NCBI GenBank assembly: GCA_973895155.1
Contig: OZ316891.1
Coordinates: 647,558 to 711,557, forward strand
Source of the DNA: Marsupella aquatica
Taxonomy: Eukaryota; Plantae; Marchantiophyta
DNA length: 64,000 nucleotides
Reading direction: 5' to 3'
The first letter of the stretch is position 1. Every line of letters begins with the position of its first letter. The position numbers and the translations under genes were made by a program. The notes under the pieces were generated by a model. That model saw only the letters and a list, made by a program, of their open reading frames with translations, made no database searches and was not told the DNA's origin. Positions 13,929 through 27,384 of the stretch are shown here, in pieces.

Positions 13929-16900
13929 ATGGCTGCGGTTTCGGCGACCATAGTCGGTTCTGCTCTCGGATCCGCTGCTGCGCGGCAGACGGCCTCAACC
14001 CAGGTGTGGATCTCGATCGGAGGCCATAGCGAGCGCTCTTTGGGAGATTCGAAGACTGTCCGGTGCGGTTCCCCACTATTTTCCCATTACAGCTGGATTT
14101 CCGGTCTTTGTATCTCCTGCAGTAGAAGTGATTCGTTCAACAGAAGCTTTTCTGTGGTCTGCGTGCCAATTATTCGGTTTTTGTAGAATGCATGGCGTCG
14201 TCATCTGTTGGAGTGTAGGGTCTTTTCCAACATAAATGTGTCTTGTTGCTACCTGTCTGCAATCTGTGTTGGGCAGTGCCTGCTGTGTATCATAGAAATT
14301 GGTTTTCCGAGTGTTTTTTGCAAGTCTGAAACAGTGTCCTTATGATGGAAACTATGACACGCCTTAAAAATTTCCCTGCGGACAGACAGACGGGAGCAAC
14401 TATCATTCCTCTAGAGCCCTCACTAGCTCGGGAATGTAGCTCCAAGGTTTTGAGCTGCTGCGGTAGCAATATCGATTCGACGGGCAGTGTTTTCCGTGGA
14501 TGTTCAGGGAAATATGGTGATAGGAGATACTTGGCAGTGCAAGGGTTAGGGGCTGTGGTAGGATTGAGGAGTAGAAATGAGCTCGGAGAGAGGAGACGGT
14601 TTAGGGAGAGCAGCAAGGACACAATTTTGGGGCGCTTCGAGAGGACAAATGATGATTGCAATGCCGGTGAGTTAAGTTTGGCACATCCAAATATGGTTTT
14701 CAAATGCCGATGAGAAGAATGAAGGAATGCTTGGATTGCAAATAATGTCAAGGATTCTTTCTCCAGTTGTAAAAAAATTCCAGAGGGAATAAGCGGAATG
14801 GTACTAATTAGTCCAATTGATGCAGGACATGCCCATTCTAAAGGGGGGCACCGGTTTGGGACATTGATAGTGAAAGCAACGAGCTCCAGCTATGGAGGTG
14901 CAGATAGCCTCAGTGGTGATGACCAGGGCATTGCTCTCTCACCTACTGGTGACGTAGAAAAGGCCACCAAGCCGTGAGTTTACTACACTCTTCCACATAA
15001 TATGTCGCCATGGGAGCTCTTAAGAAAAAAATCTGCTCAACGGATTCGTGCATGTTGAATATAATCACTTTTCTCGAGGAGGTGATGCCAGGTTTCAATA
15101 TTTTTTACCAACAGCCGCTATATATCTGCTCTTTGAGTCCTAAGTAAATCACAATCTATGTGAACAGAACCCCGGGGCCGAGCAAATATAAGGGGAGCCT
15201 ACAGGCCGTCGGTGTTCTGACGGGTATTTTGGGGATTGGAAGTCTGGTAGCACTGGCTCTCACTCTCTATAGTGGAGGATCCACTGCACTGCTTTCCATG
15301 GTGTCCAAATCCGGCTTTCCTGCGGCGTTCGCCCTCATCTTTGTCTCTGAAATTGGGGATAAGGTGACTTACTTTGTTCTCATCCTACTCAGATATTGCT
15401 GGTCATGAAACCTCTACAGACTACGGCACATATGTGCCCCCCCTTTGGAACATCGTACAATCGCTTTTTTATCTTTGTAAAGAAGGGAAGTGAAAGGAAT
15501 GCATAAGTGTGAATATCCACCAATTTACGGCAGGAAGCTTACATTTGTAAGTGACGGGTTTGGTTGCTTTCTAGAAGCGTCCTCGAGCACTGCACAGTGC
15601 TATGTGGTCGTTTATCACTTTCGCGGGCTTGATGTATTTGGTGTGGTGGACATTCGATTTGAGAAGCTCGTTTGTGGAGTTTTCTCTCCAAGACCTTGTT
15701 TTGACATGGATCATTCTTAGATGCTTGTCTGAGGTCCTGAACTCTCTGGTGTGGTTTGGCAGACGTTTTTCATTGCAGCTCTTCTAGCAATGCGTCACTC
15801 CAAATGGCTGGTAGTAACTCTCTCATTGGCCTCCCTTTATCTAGCCAGACTGATGCTTGAAAGCTGTATGATGGTCCGCTAGAGTTCTTTGATTGTATGC
15901 AAAATTTATGCAATACACAACAAGTGAATCTTCAGCTTAGGTAGGAAGTTCTGTTGCGTACGTCCAAAATATTTTCCTCAACATTTATTTGAAGTGGGAT
16001 GACAACGGCTGTTTGCAAAGAAGTCCTTCCTCTGTCAAACTGTTTCAAGTCCAAGTGAATGTACAATTGTTGGGATGTTTGATTTCGTGGGCTTAATTCG
16101 CTTCAGAGATACTCATGGGTGACTTCTCTGCGGCGTTTTGACCTCTAACTTCTTTCAGGCGTTTTACTCTTAAGTGCATGTACCTTGAAACATGAACATG
16201 TAATACCTAATGCACGGCACGGTGTGGTCTTGGGAACCTGCTTGAAATGTGCAGGTACTCATTGGGGCCTCAGGTGCATTAGCAGTTATGACAGTGATAT
16301 CAGTTATTATTGGGAAGCTTTTTCAGAAGGTGCCGGCGCAGCTTCAAACAAGTATGATCCTACTCCTTTGTACTGAGTATGACCTTGCCGCATGGGGTAG
16401 TCATACCCATGGTTTTCATTTGAGACGTTGCACAAGTTGTTACTTATTTTCAGGACTACTAGAGAGGATTTTAATTATTATTTTTTTCTCCCCAACTTTG
16501 TCATTTGGGTATGCTAAATCCTTGTCAATTATATGTCTATTGTACAGCCCTTCCCGTGGGAGAATATGCTGCTGTGATTCTATTAATATGGTTTGGATTA
16601 CGTTCTATAAAGAACGCTTGGGACATTCCATCGGCTCCTGCTGGTGCCCAAATTCAACCGGAAGAAATAGGTGAATTAGCGGAGGCAGAGGAATTTCTGA
16701 AGCAAGCTGATGTAAGTCGCATAGATGGCTTTTTAACTGCAAGTCGATGGTCAATATCTGAACTCGATTAATAGATCAATGACTTGATACAACCAGGTTG
16801 AATTCTGAGATGCCGAAATTATCTCGTCATAGGATTTGATTAATACCAAGTTTTTGTAGGTGTTGACTTTGCCTTGGGATGACCCATTCAGTGCTTTACT

Positions 16901-18055
16901 GTTGATTGAAGGGTTCGTTTTCTGTGCTCAGCCACTGGGTGTTGTTTGTCTCGTACTCATCACTTGTGCAGGATAAGAAAGTGTATACTCCATTAGAAGT
17001 CTTGGGGGAGGCATTCACCCTCATCTTTGTTGCGGTATGTTCATCTTTCAAGTGATGACCTGTCAATGGCTATTAGGATCCCTTGGTTTACAACGATGAA
17101 TAGATTTTAAAGTCCACAAAGGCTTGTCAGCAACAGATCGTTCAATGTGGCATGTATTTCCGACAAAGAATGACATGCAGCAAGAGTCGTCAAAATGATG
17201 CTGGGCCTCGGAACTGATGCAGGAATGGGGAGACCGGTCGATGCTCGCCACCATTGCTCTAGGAGCTGCTCAGGTAAGGATGCAATTCATTAAACTCGAT
17301 GTCGGTTGAGTCCCTTAATTGGGTTGGCTAGGGTTGAGTCAAGGTGAGCTGACGTTTCATGCCTTTCGAAGGCTCTGTCTGGAAAAGTTACTTTTCAAGG
17401 AAGAAGGTAGCCGTGCAGGTACCACAGTGCTTGTAAATGCGCTGCACTGGGGGTTTGTCCATTGTTTGTCGTGTTACTGCTTTGGGTATCTAAAAGGACG
17501 CCATAGTGAAGTACCAAATTTGAATTCCCCATTTCTGGATGGAGACGCCCTCCACTGTTTGATGAAGTCCTTGAAAATGTCTAGCCACGTGTTCATTAGG
17601 GTAATATCCACTTTTGAACAAAGGGGAAGTTTTCGTCACTTTAAGCAGCGATTAAGATCACAAGGGAGTTTTTTGTAGCAGAGTACTTGGCTCTTTCAAC
17701 CTAATTTTTTCTGTCACTTCTTTGTGTCTTTTGGATGACCAGTCCCCATGGGGTGTTGCATCTGGAGCTATTGCTGGACATGTGTTGGCAACTCTATTGG
17801 CAGTTGTTGGAGGAGCATTACTTGCACGATACCTCTCCGAAAAGCTGGTACGATGCCATTTCTCGTCCCATGTTTGTTTATCGTGCACAAGAGGTTGATA
17901 GTTTTCCAAATTTTGAACTATTTTTTCATGGGCCTTGGATGAACGTGACTAATTGTTTCCCTTGTATATGTGGCCTAATTCTGATTCAGATTGGATACAT
18001 TGGAGGATTCCTTTTTCTTGTATTTGCTGCTGCCACTCTAGCGGGAGTATTTTAG
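13929..18055 (+). CDS. PAM71-HL: Chloroplast GDT1/UPF0016-family Mn2+/Ca2+ transporter, PAM71-HL (CMT1/BICAT2)-like, multi-exon
   Basis: Two UPF0016 motifs, FVSEIGDK/TFFIAALLAM and FVA/EWGDRSMLATIALGAAQ/SPWGVASGAIAGH, on GT-AG exons (13929-14003, ~14390-14666, 14826-14973, ~15169-15363, ~15763-15810, ~16255-16351, ~16548-16711, ~16972-17034, ~17223-17273, ~17743-17847, ~17990-18055). N-terminus is transit-peptide-like. Confidence 0.92.
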
Positions 18056-21000
18056 AAATCTTTACAGCATTAGAAGTCTTCATAGCAACTTGATGAAGAA
18101 CCATCAACAAATTTTACATCATCATGATTTTCAATCAGTAAAGCCCCATCTATTCTTTGCGAGCTCTTGTCTCGTTCCGTGTATAAAGGAACTGGCCTGG
18201 CCCCCAATTTTTCAACCACATTTATATTGAGATCCATCTTTCAATGCTGATAACAGATCTTTGCATAAGTCAATGTCAAATTTGGATATCGGTGAGGTCA
18301 ATCACGAGTACACGTGTAACTCTGGACACTTTTCCAGTGATCTGTGAAAGACGATTTAAGATTAAATCAAATTTGTGAAGTCATTGCTAGTATTTACAAG
18401 AGAGGCCCAAACACTCGATGACTTTGACTTCTCATCTTTGGTACCTTATTCTCATACGTTGTCACCCTGGCTGCTTTGGTTGTCATCGACAGACACTTCT
18501 TCTTTTGTGGCACATATCAGCTTGAAAAATTCTCGAGCTATTGAGGGCTTGGAATAACAAAAGTGCCTTCGTTCCAAGTGTCTCGCTGTAGGGAGTTTCA
18601 TCGTAGGCAAGGCAACGATCTCGCAGCAATCTTCTCGGCAAGCACAGTGGTAGTGCTTGGCAGTGAGCTCGCTCTCTTAAGAGGATCGTTACGACTCCTC
18701 TCGCCTCCGATTCCGATTAAGAAGTCCACCCGTGCCCTGCTCCCTGACGAAGAACTCCCAGACAGCGCCCCTCCCAAAACGCTGTCCTTGCTACTGCTGC
18801 TGGTAGGAATGCAGCAAGGCACCGAAAGTTGGAACTTCCCCCCTACTGCCCCGCGCCGTCATCTTCGCTGCCCGGGTGCTTGGAATCTTGTGAGCCCCAA
18901 TTTTTTTCAGTCGTCGTGCACTGCCTCGTCTTAGGACAGGTGCGTGGAAGAGAAAAGGCTTGATTCAAATCCTGGAACAAAGGTTTTGGTACGACTGTTA
19001 AAAGGAAGTCCATCGTTGCAGCCGTCACATCACGAATCCGAGATATGGAAAAATACAGTTTTAGTTGTCTGAAACAGATGTCGCGCTGTTGCAGGAGTGC
19101 TTGTAGCCTAGCTGCTGAATTCTGCCTCCATTGCCGTCGGGTCTCCTTAAACTGATGCTTAGAAGTTGCTTCCAGGCAAAATGCATGAGTAATAACGTTC
19201 AATCACACCACATAGACTCGTCCTGTTCGGCGAAGACCAGAACCGAAGCGTTTGGATAGAATTAGCACGGCCATTCTCTGCATCGAGTGGGTCCTCATCT
19301 CGTACAGCAACTGACGAATCTACTCCACCTACTTCAGACTGAGAATCTAGTTGAAAGAACTTCGCTGACAGAATTGACCACGACGTTGATGAAAACGCAT
19401 GAAAACATCATCATAAAGCTTCATCTCATCAAGTAACCAGTGGTAGGGGATTGCCTGGTTTGAAATTCAATTTTTCAGGAAACCAGTTATTTGCCAGTCT
19501 GCATCATTATCGCACGCTTATTTCGCTAGTGCTTGAGGATAGGGACAGGTTCCATCTCACAGTTTTAGTTCAGACCATAACAGAAACCTTTCAGATATGC
19601 TCCTGTTTGGAGGGTGGGCGGCTCTTCCCTGCGTTTACTGTCTGTTTGAAATCTGCCTGTACTTAGCGGGGCCGACGACATTTGCTATCAAATTGAATCC
19701 CCCACAGTTTGTGTACGTCTCACGGCATAAGTACGAATTACATAACAACCTTTTGTAGAAGGCAAAATTTACCTTCCGGTTCAATAAGAATTTGGAGGAA
19801 CAACTACTTCAAATGATATTCCGTTGTAAAATCCGTATTCAAAATCAGCATTCAGGGTACCGCTGAAAAGAACTCGGACTCCATTGTCGATCCGTGGCCA
19901 AGCTTGGCGTCATAACCAAGCCTTTCAAGCCATGGCTGGTACATCTTGCTGAGCCACACAGACAATCATCAACCTGAAGTCATGACCTTCTCAACCTATC
20001 AGTCCGGTTCGTTGATATACTCCACAGCAGTCCCACACACGGATGTCAAATTTCCAGTGAAATTGTGATGGGGCGCGATCGAAGACAACTTTTTCACCTT
20101 ACAATGAAAAACTTCAGAATATTAGACGACACATAGCTTCATTTCCACAGGATCCCAGGGCCCAGAATTGAAGAATGTAACCTCGCGGGAGGATCTCAGA
20201 AGTCTTCGATGTTAACTCAATGCTTGGTTATGAATATAATAAATGAAGGCCTGGCACTTCTATGATACAGGGTAGGGTTGACAAGGATTAATTGTTGAGA
20301 AAACAAATGAGGGACCAGTGGAAGTGTGGGATAAGAGCGACAGAGAATTTTCCATATCCTGGAAAGCCAAGCAATTAAACCTTATCGAGCTGGTTTTCAG
20401 CATTTGGCATATCTGGTAGAGTCTAAACTCGCATCTGTTTAGTTTCCAAACTTCAATTTACTTTTCTGTTCAGATGTTAAGTGTCTATCTGTATCAATCA
20501 TAAACTCCACAGAATTCCCAGACGTAAATAATACCTTGTCGTGAACAAATGTTAGCGATGAGTATTGAGCCGTCATCGACGGGGAAAAATCCTCAACTTT
20601 TGACGGCTTGCATACATGGCCATGATTTTTCTTTCTGCTCCACTGGACTTTTCTGAATATCCCATGTACTCGAGAATGAAATTTCAAATCGGTTTACTAG
20701 TAGTCTTTCCAAAAAATTCCAAAACTTAGATCTAAGCGATCAAGGGAGTGACATGCGCATTTAATGCCTGCCTCAATCTGGAAGGCTTAGCAAGGTCTCC
20801 CCACAAATTTCATAATACAAGAACAATGTGGGCAAGAACACATGGCAATTAGCTTGCTACATGAAGACTTCAAAATAATAATTGGCAAATTTCATAATAC
20901 AACACACTCAGCAATTTAGGTGTGGCATTTGTTCTCTTGGAGGTCACTCATGCACAACTTTCTCGCCAAATGTCATGTAAACAATTATCTAATATATTAA

Positions 21001-21265
21001 GTGAACTACTTTCCTTATCCCTGGAAGACTGAGAACATATCAAACTGTGGCTAGTATATACATAGAATTCCAAGTCACTCCGCATCTCTGCCGATCAAAA
21101 CTGTCTTGGCCATGCCATTTCCAACGCATTCCCTCCTGGAGGAGAGCTAGATCAATCAATCTGACCCGCATCTCTCACGTCCCAGATGACACGCTGGCAG
21201 AGAATTGTAAAGGCCCTTCCTCTTTGCAGAGGGACCCATATGATACAACGAATGACGCCCAACGC

Positions 21266-22749
21266 TCATGGAAAAAGATCAACATATCCTGTAGCAACTG
21301 CTACACCCAAAATAGCAGCAGGTGGGACAAGTACAAAGAGCGCCACTGCCGTGAAGAATGGGGCATCATTACGCTCTGATACCTTATTCATATAGTTTTG
21401 TCGTCGAATATTTCTTTTCTGTGAAATTGTCAGGTCAGTTGCTTTTATGTCCAATTTTCCACTTCCCAGGATAACGGTAGCTTCCTCAGAATCCTCAGCT
21501 TCCAGATCTTCTGCGAGTTGTTGAGCTATGGTTTTACTTGATGCTGAACACATAATGACCACAGCCAAACGACAAATCAAAGCTGCGTCCAAGTAAAATC
21601 TGTTTTACTGTCTTAGTGCACAACATCAAGAATAGCAATAGAAGAAATATCAAACCGTACTCTTGGGTATCAAGCATCTGGGAAAGAATAGATGCACGAC
21701 GTGGAAACACACCTGTAGCACCCGAGGCACTTTCGGAAGTGATCTTACGCAGAAGATCCAAGTGCGATTGTACTGATGGCCCTAAAAAACACGAACAACT
21801 TGTCTTCAGTTTTAATACTATCACATTTTCAAGATCAGACCAGAGGAAATACAATTCGCTCCAACTTCATGAAACGAGAACTTTCAACATTATCTTGCTC
21901 CAACTCCATGCACAAGAATAACTTTCAACAACCTCACATGAGGCACAGCAGACTCTTAACTTGACTAGCACCGGTTCCTAATGAATTTCGTTCTGTTTTG
22001 TTGTAATATGAAATACTTGGAAAAATATGGAATCGATAGCGAGAAAGTCGGAAAGTAGTTTATCAATCCAGCAACGCCATCAGAAGGAATGTAACAGAAC
22101 AAATGCTCTCCTACAACTCTGAAAAATAATTAATTACAGTAGATTTTAGGATTGACAATTTATTTTCCAATTCAGAGAGAAGATGTCTACAGTACTTCTA
22201 AACACAATCCCTTTATGTTACATAGCTTCTTCCGAAGGCGACTGTCGAGACTAACCTACTGTGCCTACCATAAAGCAGACATGTTCCTCTTAGAAATGGC
22301 AAGTTCAGGCCTCGCTCAGGATGGTGTGCCCCGGAGAAAACACAAGGTGGGATGGGAGCTCAAGCCAGAACAGAAGAAAGCCTTTCAAAAATCCGAAAAC
22401 CCTGCACAGGTGAAACACAAGAGAGGTGGGAACTAAGCAACGCACCTTCGGCAGTTTCGTTGTCCGTCGTTGGAGAGTCCGGCGTAGGGCTTGCATTCGG
22501 AATCACGTCACACTTCGATTTCCGCCGTTCCGACGATCTGGACGAGGGCCATACTCTTGGAGAAAATGCACTCTTGCTAACCCTTCCAGCACTAAAAAAA
22601 CAATCGGCAACAGAAATCTCAGACCTGACGGAGCCACAGGCACCAGTCGAATTCGATATCGCCTGTAAAGGATCAAAACTTAAAGCAGAGTGACTTTTGT
22701 CGGCGCAATTCAGAGAACGCAACGAATTCGAAATCGCCACCAATGCCAT
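21266..22749 (-). CDS. Small putative plastid-targeted single-pass membrane protein of unknown function (3 exons)
   Basis: Ser-rich transit-peptide-like exon 1 (MALVAISNSLRS..., donor near 22445), exon 2 ~21712-21781 (PSVQSHLDLLRKITS) and exon 3 ending QKRNIRRQNYMNKVSERNDAPFFTAVALFVLVPPAAILGVAVATGYVDLFP* with a C-terminal hydrophobic segment. Confidence 0.78.
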
Positions 22750-23589
22750 CGTCCCTGACCCCCTCACTACTCACTCATCTAAAGCCAACCAACCGTCAAA
22801 TTATGCAACCTGTGCCGCACAAACTAGAGACGGCCCAATTCACCTGATGAGTCAATCTGGTGAATGGTGGGGAAGTCACGGATCCAGCAGATTTAGCAGG
22901 GGAGCATTGGGAATTCTGTTTCGTCTAGCGAACGACCTCCCTATCAATCAAAAACAACCCCAAAGCAGGATCAATCCATCGAGGGAGGGAAGGATTTCGG
23001 ACAGCGAGCAAGGTGTCGGCAAATCGAGGCAGGAGGGTGATTCTTCCACTTGTCAGGCTCCTTAGCTAGGAGTCAGTGACATCGCCAGAGAGGTTTGTGA
23101 CAGATCAATCGTGTGTGGGAAGGTGGCTGGGTGACCAGCTTGCTGATCACATGCAGTTCTGCAGCGCATCATCGCATTGCATCAGCCGAAACGGACTTTG
23201 TACCAGAAAGAACGCTACGGATTCTCAGGTGAAAAGAGAGCGAGAATAACATTCTTCTAGACATCCACGGAGCTCCCTCGCCCACATCCACATGATCAGG
23301 ATGATGGATCGGGCTCTTCTCCTTCCGCTTCGTCTCTTGTTCCTCCATTCGTCAGTTCGTATGTGGTGAAGCGAAAGTCCGGTCCTACCACGTTGTGACC
23401 CAATTCTCAGAACTTGGTTCCATAGAGGTCACAGGGTTCCTCCCTCAAAAGGCTGGGGTTTAGAGTTTCTTAAAGACTTATTTTACGGAGTACATTTTAG
23501 TTGCCATCTTTCTAATAGCAAAGGCACTTTGCCATGTTTTTCTATCCATGTATAAACAAAATAACGTTGGCTTAGAGAAAGTGGGAAAA

Positions 23590-24197
23590 TCATATTTCAT
23601 TTTTTTCTGTACTGGTATCCTCCATACAACAATTTTGTACTTAGCCTTGAAATGTAAAGATATATTTAGCCATGGTTAGAAAAAAGATTTATTATCCTTT
23701 TTCCTTTCCCCTCTATCTTTTCTTTCCCTTCCTCCCGTAGTTTTTCATATTCTTATATAACACACTCCTGCTTTCGGGAATTATGATGTAAGAAGAAGGT
23801 CTTTATTCTCCTCAGCAACTTACTACTACAATCTATACTTAGTAGCAATTTTATATATAATAAATATAATCCAATGTTACTAAATTTTCCTCAAGTAATG
23901 AAATTTCAATTCAGAAGTTATTGCATAAACAGTTATAGTCTCTAGTTCCCTATCCATCCATCTACCATTATTTTATAAGGTTTTGTCTTTCCTCCTGCAT
24001 TGTCTGGATACAAAATCAAAAAAGTAGGGACAAAATCTATCTTGGTTGTTGTATTTTGTTGCTCTTTTGGCAGACCACTAGCAAGCATGCAGGGAAGAAA
24101 AAGGCATTTATTTTTTCCTGTATTGGTACTAGCCTTCATACAACAATTATGTACTTAGCCTGGAAATATAAAAATATATTTTACAGACCCCATGGTG
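23590..24197. repeat. AT-rich ~510-bp tandem duplication: copy 1 and the start of copy 2 (copy 2 continues at 25153-25410 and 38321-38500)
   Basis: 23590-23680 matches 24105-24197; 23690-23920 matches 25160-25410; 23915-24078 matches 38321-38500. Confidence 0.8.
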
Positions 24198-24647
24198 AGC
24201 TCCTTCCAAAATCGCCGGAAACACGTGCATTCACATAGCACTAGTAGTCACAAACAAGAACAGTTATTTATGCAAGAAGAACCCAACATGATTAGTTGTG
24301 TTTGAGGCAAAGCAAAGAAAAATAGTTAAACCTTGTAACTGTAAAAACAATGAAAAATTAAAAAATAACACTTCAAGTAAACAACAAAATGGGTGAAACA
24401 AGGGTGATAATGAATAACCTTTAAATGAGTTGTCATTGAATTGGGTAGAAAGAAACTCTTTAAATAACCATGGGTGAAAAAAAACTTTTCAGATTCTATG
24501 GTAACGTAAGATTCTTTGGCTACTATTTACAGATGAATACCATGGAATTGTACAAACCCTTCAGTTACCATGGGAATACCAAGGGAACATACAAAATCCA
24601 TCCGCTACTTTAACATTTTGCATCAATTGTATGAGCATAGGAGTATC

Positions 24648-24990
24648 TGTTGAGCATAGACGACACTCGTAACGATAAGCACATGACACATCCAACGCGC
24701 AAGTAGTCGACACAAGAGATACGTGGTTCACCTCCTCGAGGCTACGTCCACGGGAACACACAAGAGAGCTTTACTGAACTCTAAGCCCGTCGGCTATACC
24801 AAGTCTCCACAGTGTAAGCTCTCCTCATCTCTCAAGTGGCCCCATAACAATGAGCCTAAGTCCCACTTATCCAAGCAAACACCGCTTGGCATATAGTGTG
24901 CATCCTAGTTAACCTAACCACATCTCCGACTATGGTTAGTCTAACTATGGTTATATGTCATAACCCTAGACCTTGAGTACATACTTAACA
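24648..24990. mobile_element. Solo LTR (Copia-like), 343 bp
   Basis: Starts TGTTGAG and ends CTTAACA (imperfect terminal inverted repeat, TG...CA). The flanks gtatc / gtgtc form a 5-bp TSD with one mismatch. The internal tacgtggttcacc...ggctacgtccacgg motif resembles plant Copia LTRs. Confidence 0.7.
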
Positions 24991-25410
24991 GTGTCAAGAA
25001 AGGTTAACTTTGGACTGCTATTATAAATAGTCTCCTTGTTTTGTCATCTCATCTCCTTACTCAATTCCAATATGCACCTCTTCATCGCTCCAACTTGTTG
25101 GTTCACGTCAAAATTACATAACAAATAGGTCCTCAAACTAATTAACCAGAGATTGGTTAATGAATTTTTTTTACCCTTTTTCCATCCTCTCTTCCTTTCT
25201 TTTTCCTTCCTCCCATGGTATTTTGTATTCTTATATAGCACATCACACTGTTACTTCTGGGAATTATGATGAACCAATAAGGTCTTTCTTTCCCTTAGCA
25301 ACTTACTACTACAATTTTTAGTTATTAGCAATCTTACATATAACAAATATAATTCAATGCTACTAAATTTTCCTCAAGTAATGAAATTGATTTCAATTCA
25401 AAAGTTATTG

Positions 25411-25563
25411 GAGGGATATGCTCAATAGACCCCCTTCAGGAGAAACTTTACTTGATCAGCCCCCTCCAAACTTTTTTGCCCCAATCAGCCCCCTCATTAT
25501 GGCCCGTACCCTTTTCTCCCGTGTAAGGCAGTTTCCCCCGTGTAAAGGCCATACTGCACAGTT
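25411..25563 (+). repeat. MULE left terminal inverted repeat
   Basis: Reverse complement of 38168-38320 with only a few mismatches. Confidence 0.95.
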
Positions 25564-25850
25564 TTCAGCCTTACTGGGTGACTTTCACAGTACCCATTCA
25601 ACCACGCAGTAACCAGGCAAAAATCATAGTGACCGTGTTAAGATCCATTACCAACGGGACCTCGTAGTTAGAGGTGAAAATCGGGCCTTGCACCTCCACG
25701 CCGCCACTATGAACATTAGGGTTATCTTATGCTAATTAATTAGAATACATTGACATGAGTGTATTCTATTTGTAAAACCAATTTCCGTGCTTTAGGTTCA
25801 AGGTCTGTCATCTTTTGTGGGGTTTCTAGGTAGGATCGACGTTTTGCGTG

Positions 25851-26415
25851 GTTTTACGGAGGTTTTGTGCAGAGGCTCGTTTACTGTTGACGACGGGCCA
25901 TTTTGCTGATGACCTTGCTAGTTGACAATTGTGGTGGTTGATGATTGTGTTTCTTTCATGGCTTTACGGAGGATTTGGGCAGAGGTGTGGTTGACTGTTG
26001 GCGGCGGGACATTTTGGAGACAATCGTGCTGGTTGACATTTTTGCTGGGCGTCATTTACTGCTAGCGGTGGGCCATTTTGCTGTTGATCGTGCTGGTTGA
26101 CGATTGTGCTGGTTGACGATTGTGCTGGTTGATGATCGTGTTTCTTTCGTGGCTTTATGGAGGATTTGGGCAGAGGTGTGGTTGACTGTTGGCGGCGGGA
26201 CATTTTGGAGACAATCATGCTGGTTGACGTTTTTGTTGGGCGTCGTTTACTGCTAGCGGTGGGCCATTTTGCTGTCGATCGTGCTGGTTGACGATTGTGT
26301 TGGTTGATGATCGTGTTTCTTTCGTGGCTTTACGGAGGATTTGGGCAGAGTTATCGTTGACTGTTGGTGGCGGGCCATTTTGGAGATGATTGTGCTGTTG
26401 ACGATTCTGCTGGTC
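25851..26415. repeat. MULE-internal hierarchical tandem repeat (110/191/175-bp units built partly from 16-bp gtgctggttgacgatt subunits)
   Basis: The unit start g(c/t)ttta(c/t)ggagg occurs at 25851, 25961, 26152 and 26327. The 191- and 175-bp units differ by one 16-bp subunit. Confidence 0.85.
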
Positions 26416-27384
26416 GACTTTGCTCAATTCTGGCAAGTTCCATTTCGCTTCAATGATTGTTGTTTTTGGTGGTTTTAGATTGAGATGATCACTTCCGGTA
26501 TTGATTTCCTGGCGAACTTGTGAAAATCCATCACCTAGATTGAAGTTCTCTTTCTGTTTCAACCTTCTGTTTTCATTTTCCTGCATGATATGAGTGGATG
26601 AATGGGTAATCAATATGCTTGCTCAGTAGGGAGGATTCTAGCCAAGAGTCCAAGTCTGGAGTACCACGAGGCACAATGCAAGGAACTGGACCATGAAGGG
26701 GAGGGGAGGGGAAGATAATACGAGCTTAGTGGTATGATAATTTGCTTTCTTACATCTAAATTTTCTCAACTTCTCTTGTTGGTTTGGTCTAGCTATCATC
26801 AGAATCACCTCTTGTTGTGCGCTTCTTCATAATAGTGCAGATCATTTGCATCGTCTTCCCAGTTCTTATGCAATTTTTGATCACCATCACATCCATGTCT
26901 TCCGGTTCTGTTGCATAGTTTCAATACTACATGGATAACAGTGTAGGGACTGCTTTCATTTGGTAGTTGAATCCTGTCCTTGAATTTGTGAATGAAGTTT
27001 CCTCTCAGGATTTTGTGGTTGCCTGCGAGCTCTAGGCAAAGTGGACTTCATGATAGGGATTGATCTGCGTCTGACTTGAAGGGGGAGATTCTCGGTCGAA
27101 GCACTAGGTATGACTGACTGCATGTCGACGAATGTTGGAGGTGCATGTTTTGAATACCATGACATGGATGTTTGCGAGTTCTTCTACTCTCTTTGAATAC
27201 CATGACATTCGTGTCTTCTAAATTTGCTTATCTGTTGAAGTCGTCGGCATGAGTATAGGGACCGCTCTGCTTCCATTAAGGAGTGGAAAGCAATACAGGC
27301 TGAAGGTCAAGGTCATAGGCTGGAGAGGTTGGGTTCGATTTTGAGCCCAACCAAGGTTCATGCTCAGTTTCCATGGCGCCATGA

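Noticed and set aside
18375-19202. Cluster of overlapping Ser-rich ORFs downstream of PAM71-HL
   Set aside because: No consistent frame, splice pattern or recognisable domain; possibly a gene remnant, but I cannot support it.
25418-25612. Matching short ORFs MLNRPP... here and at 38122-38322
   Set aside because: They are translations of the two TIRs, not genes.
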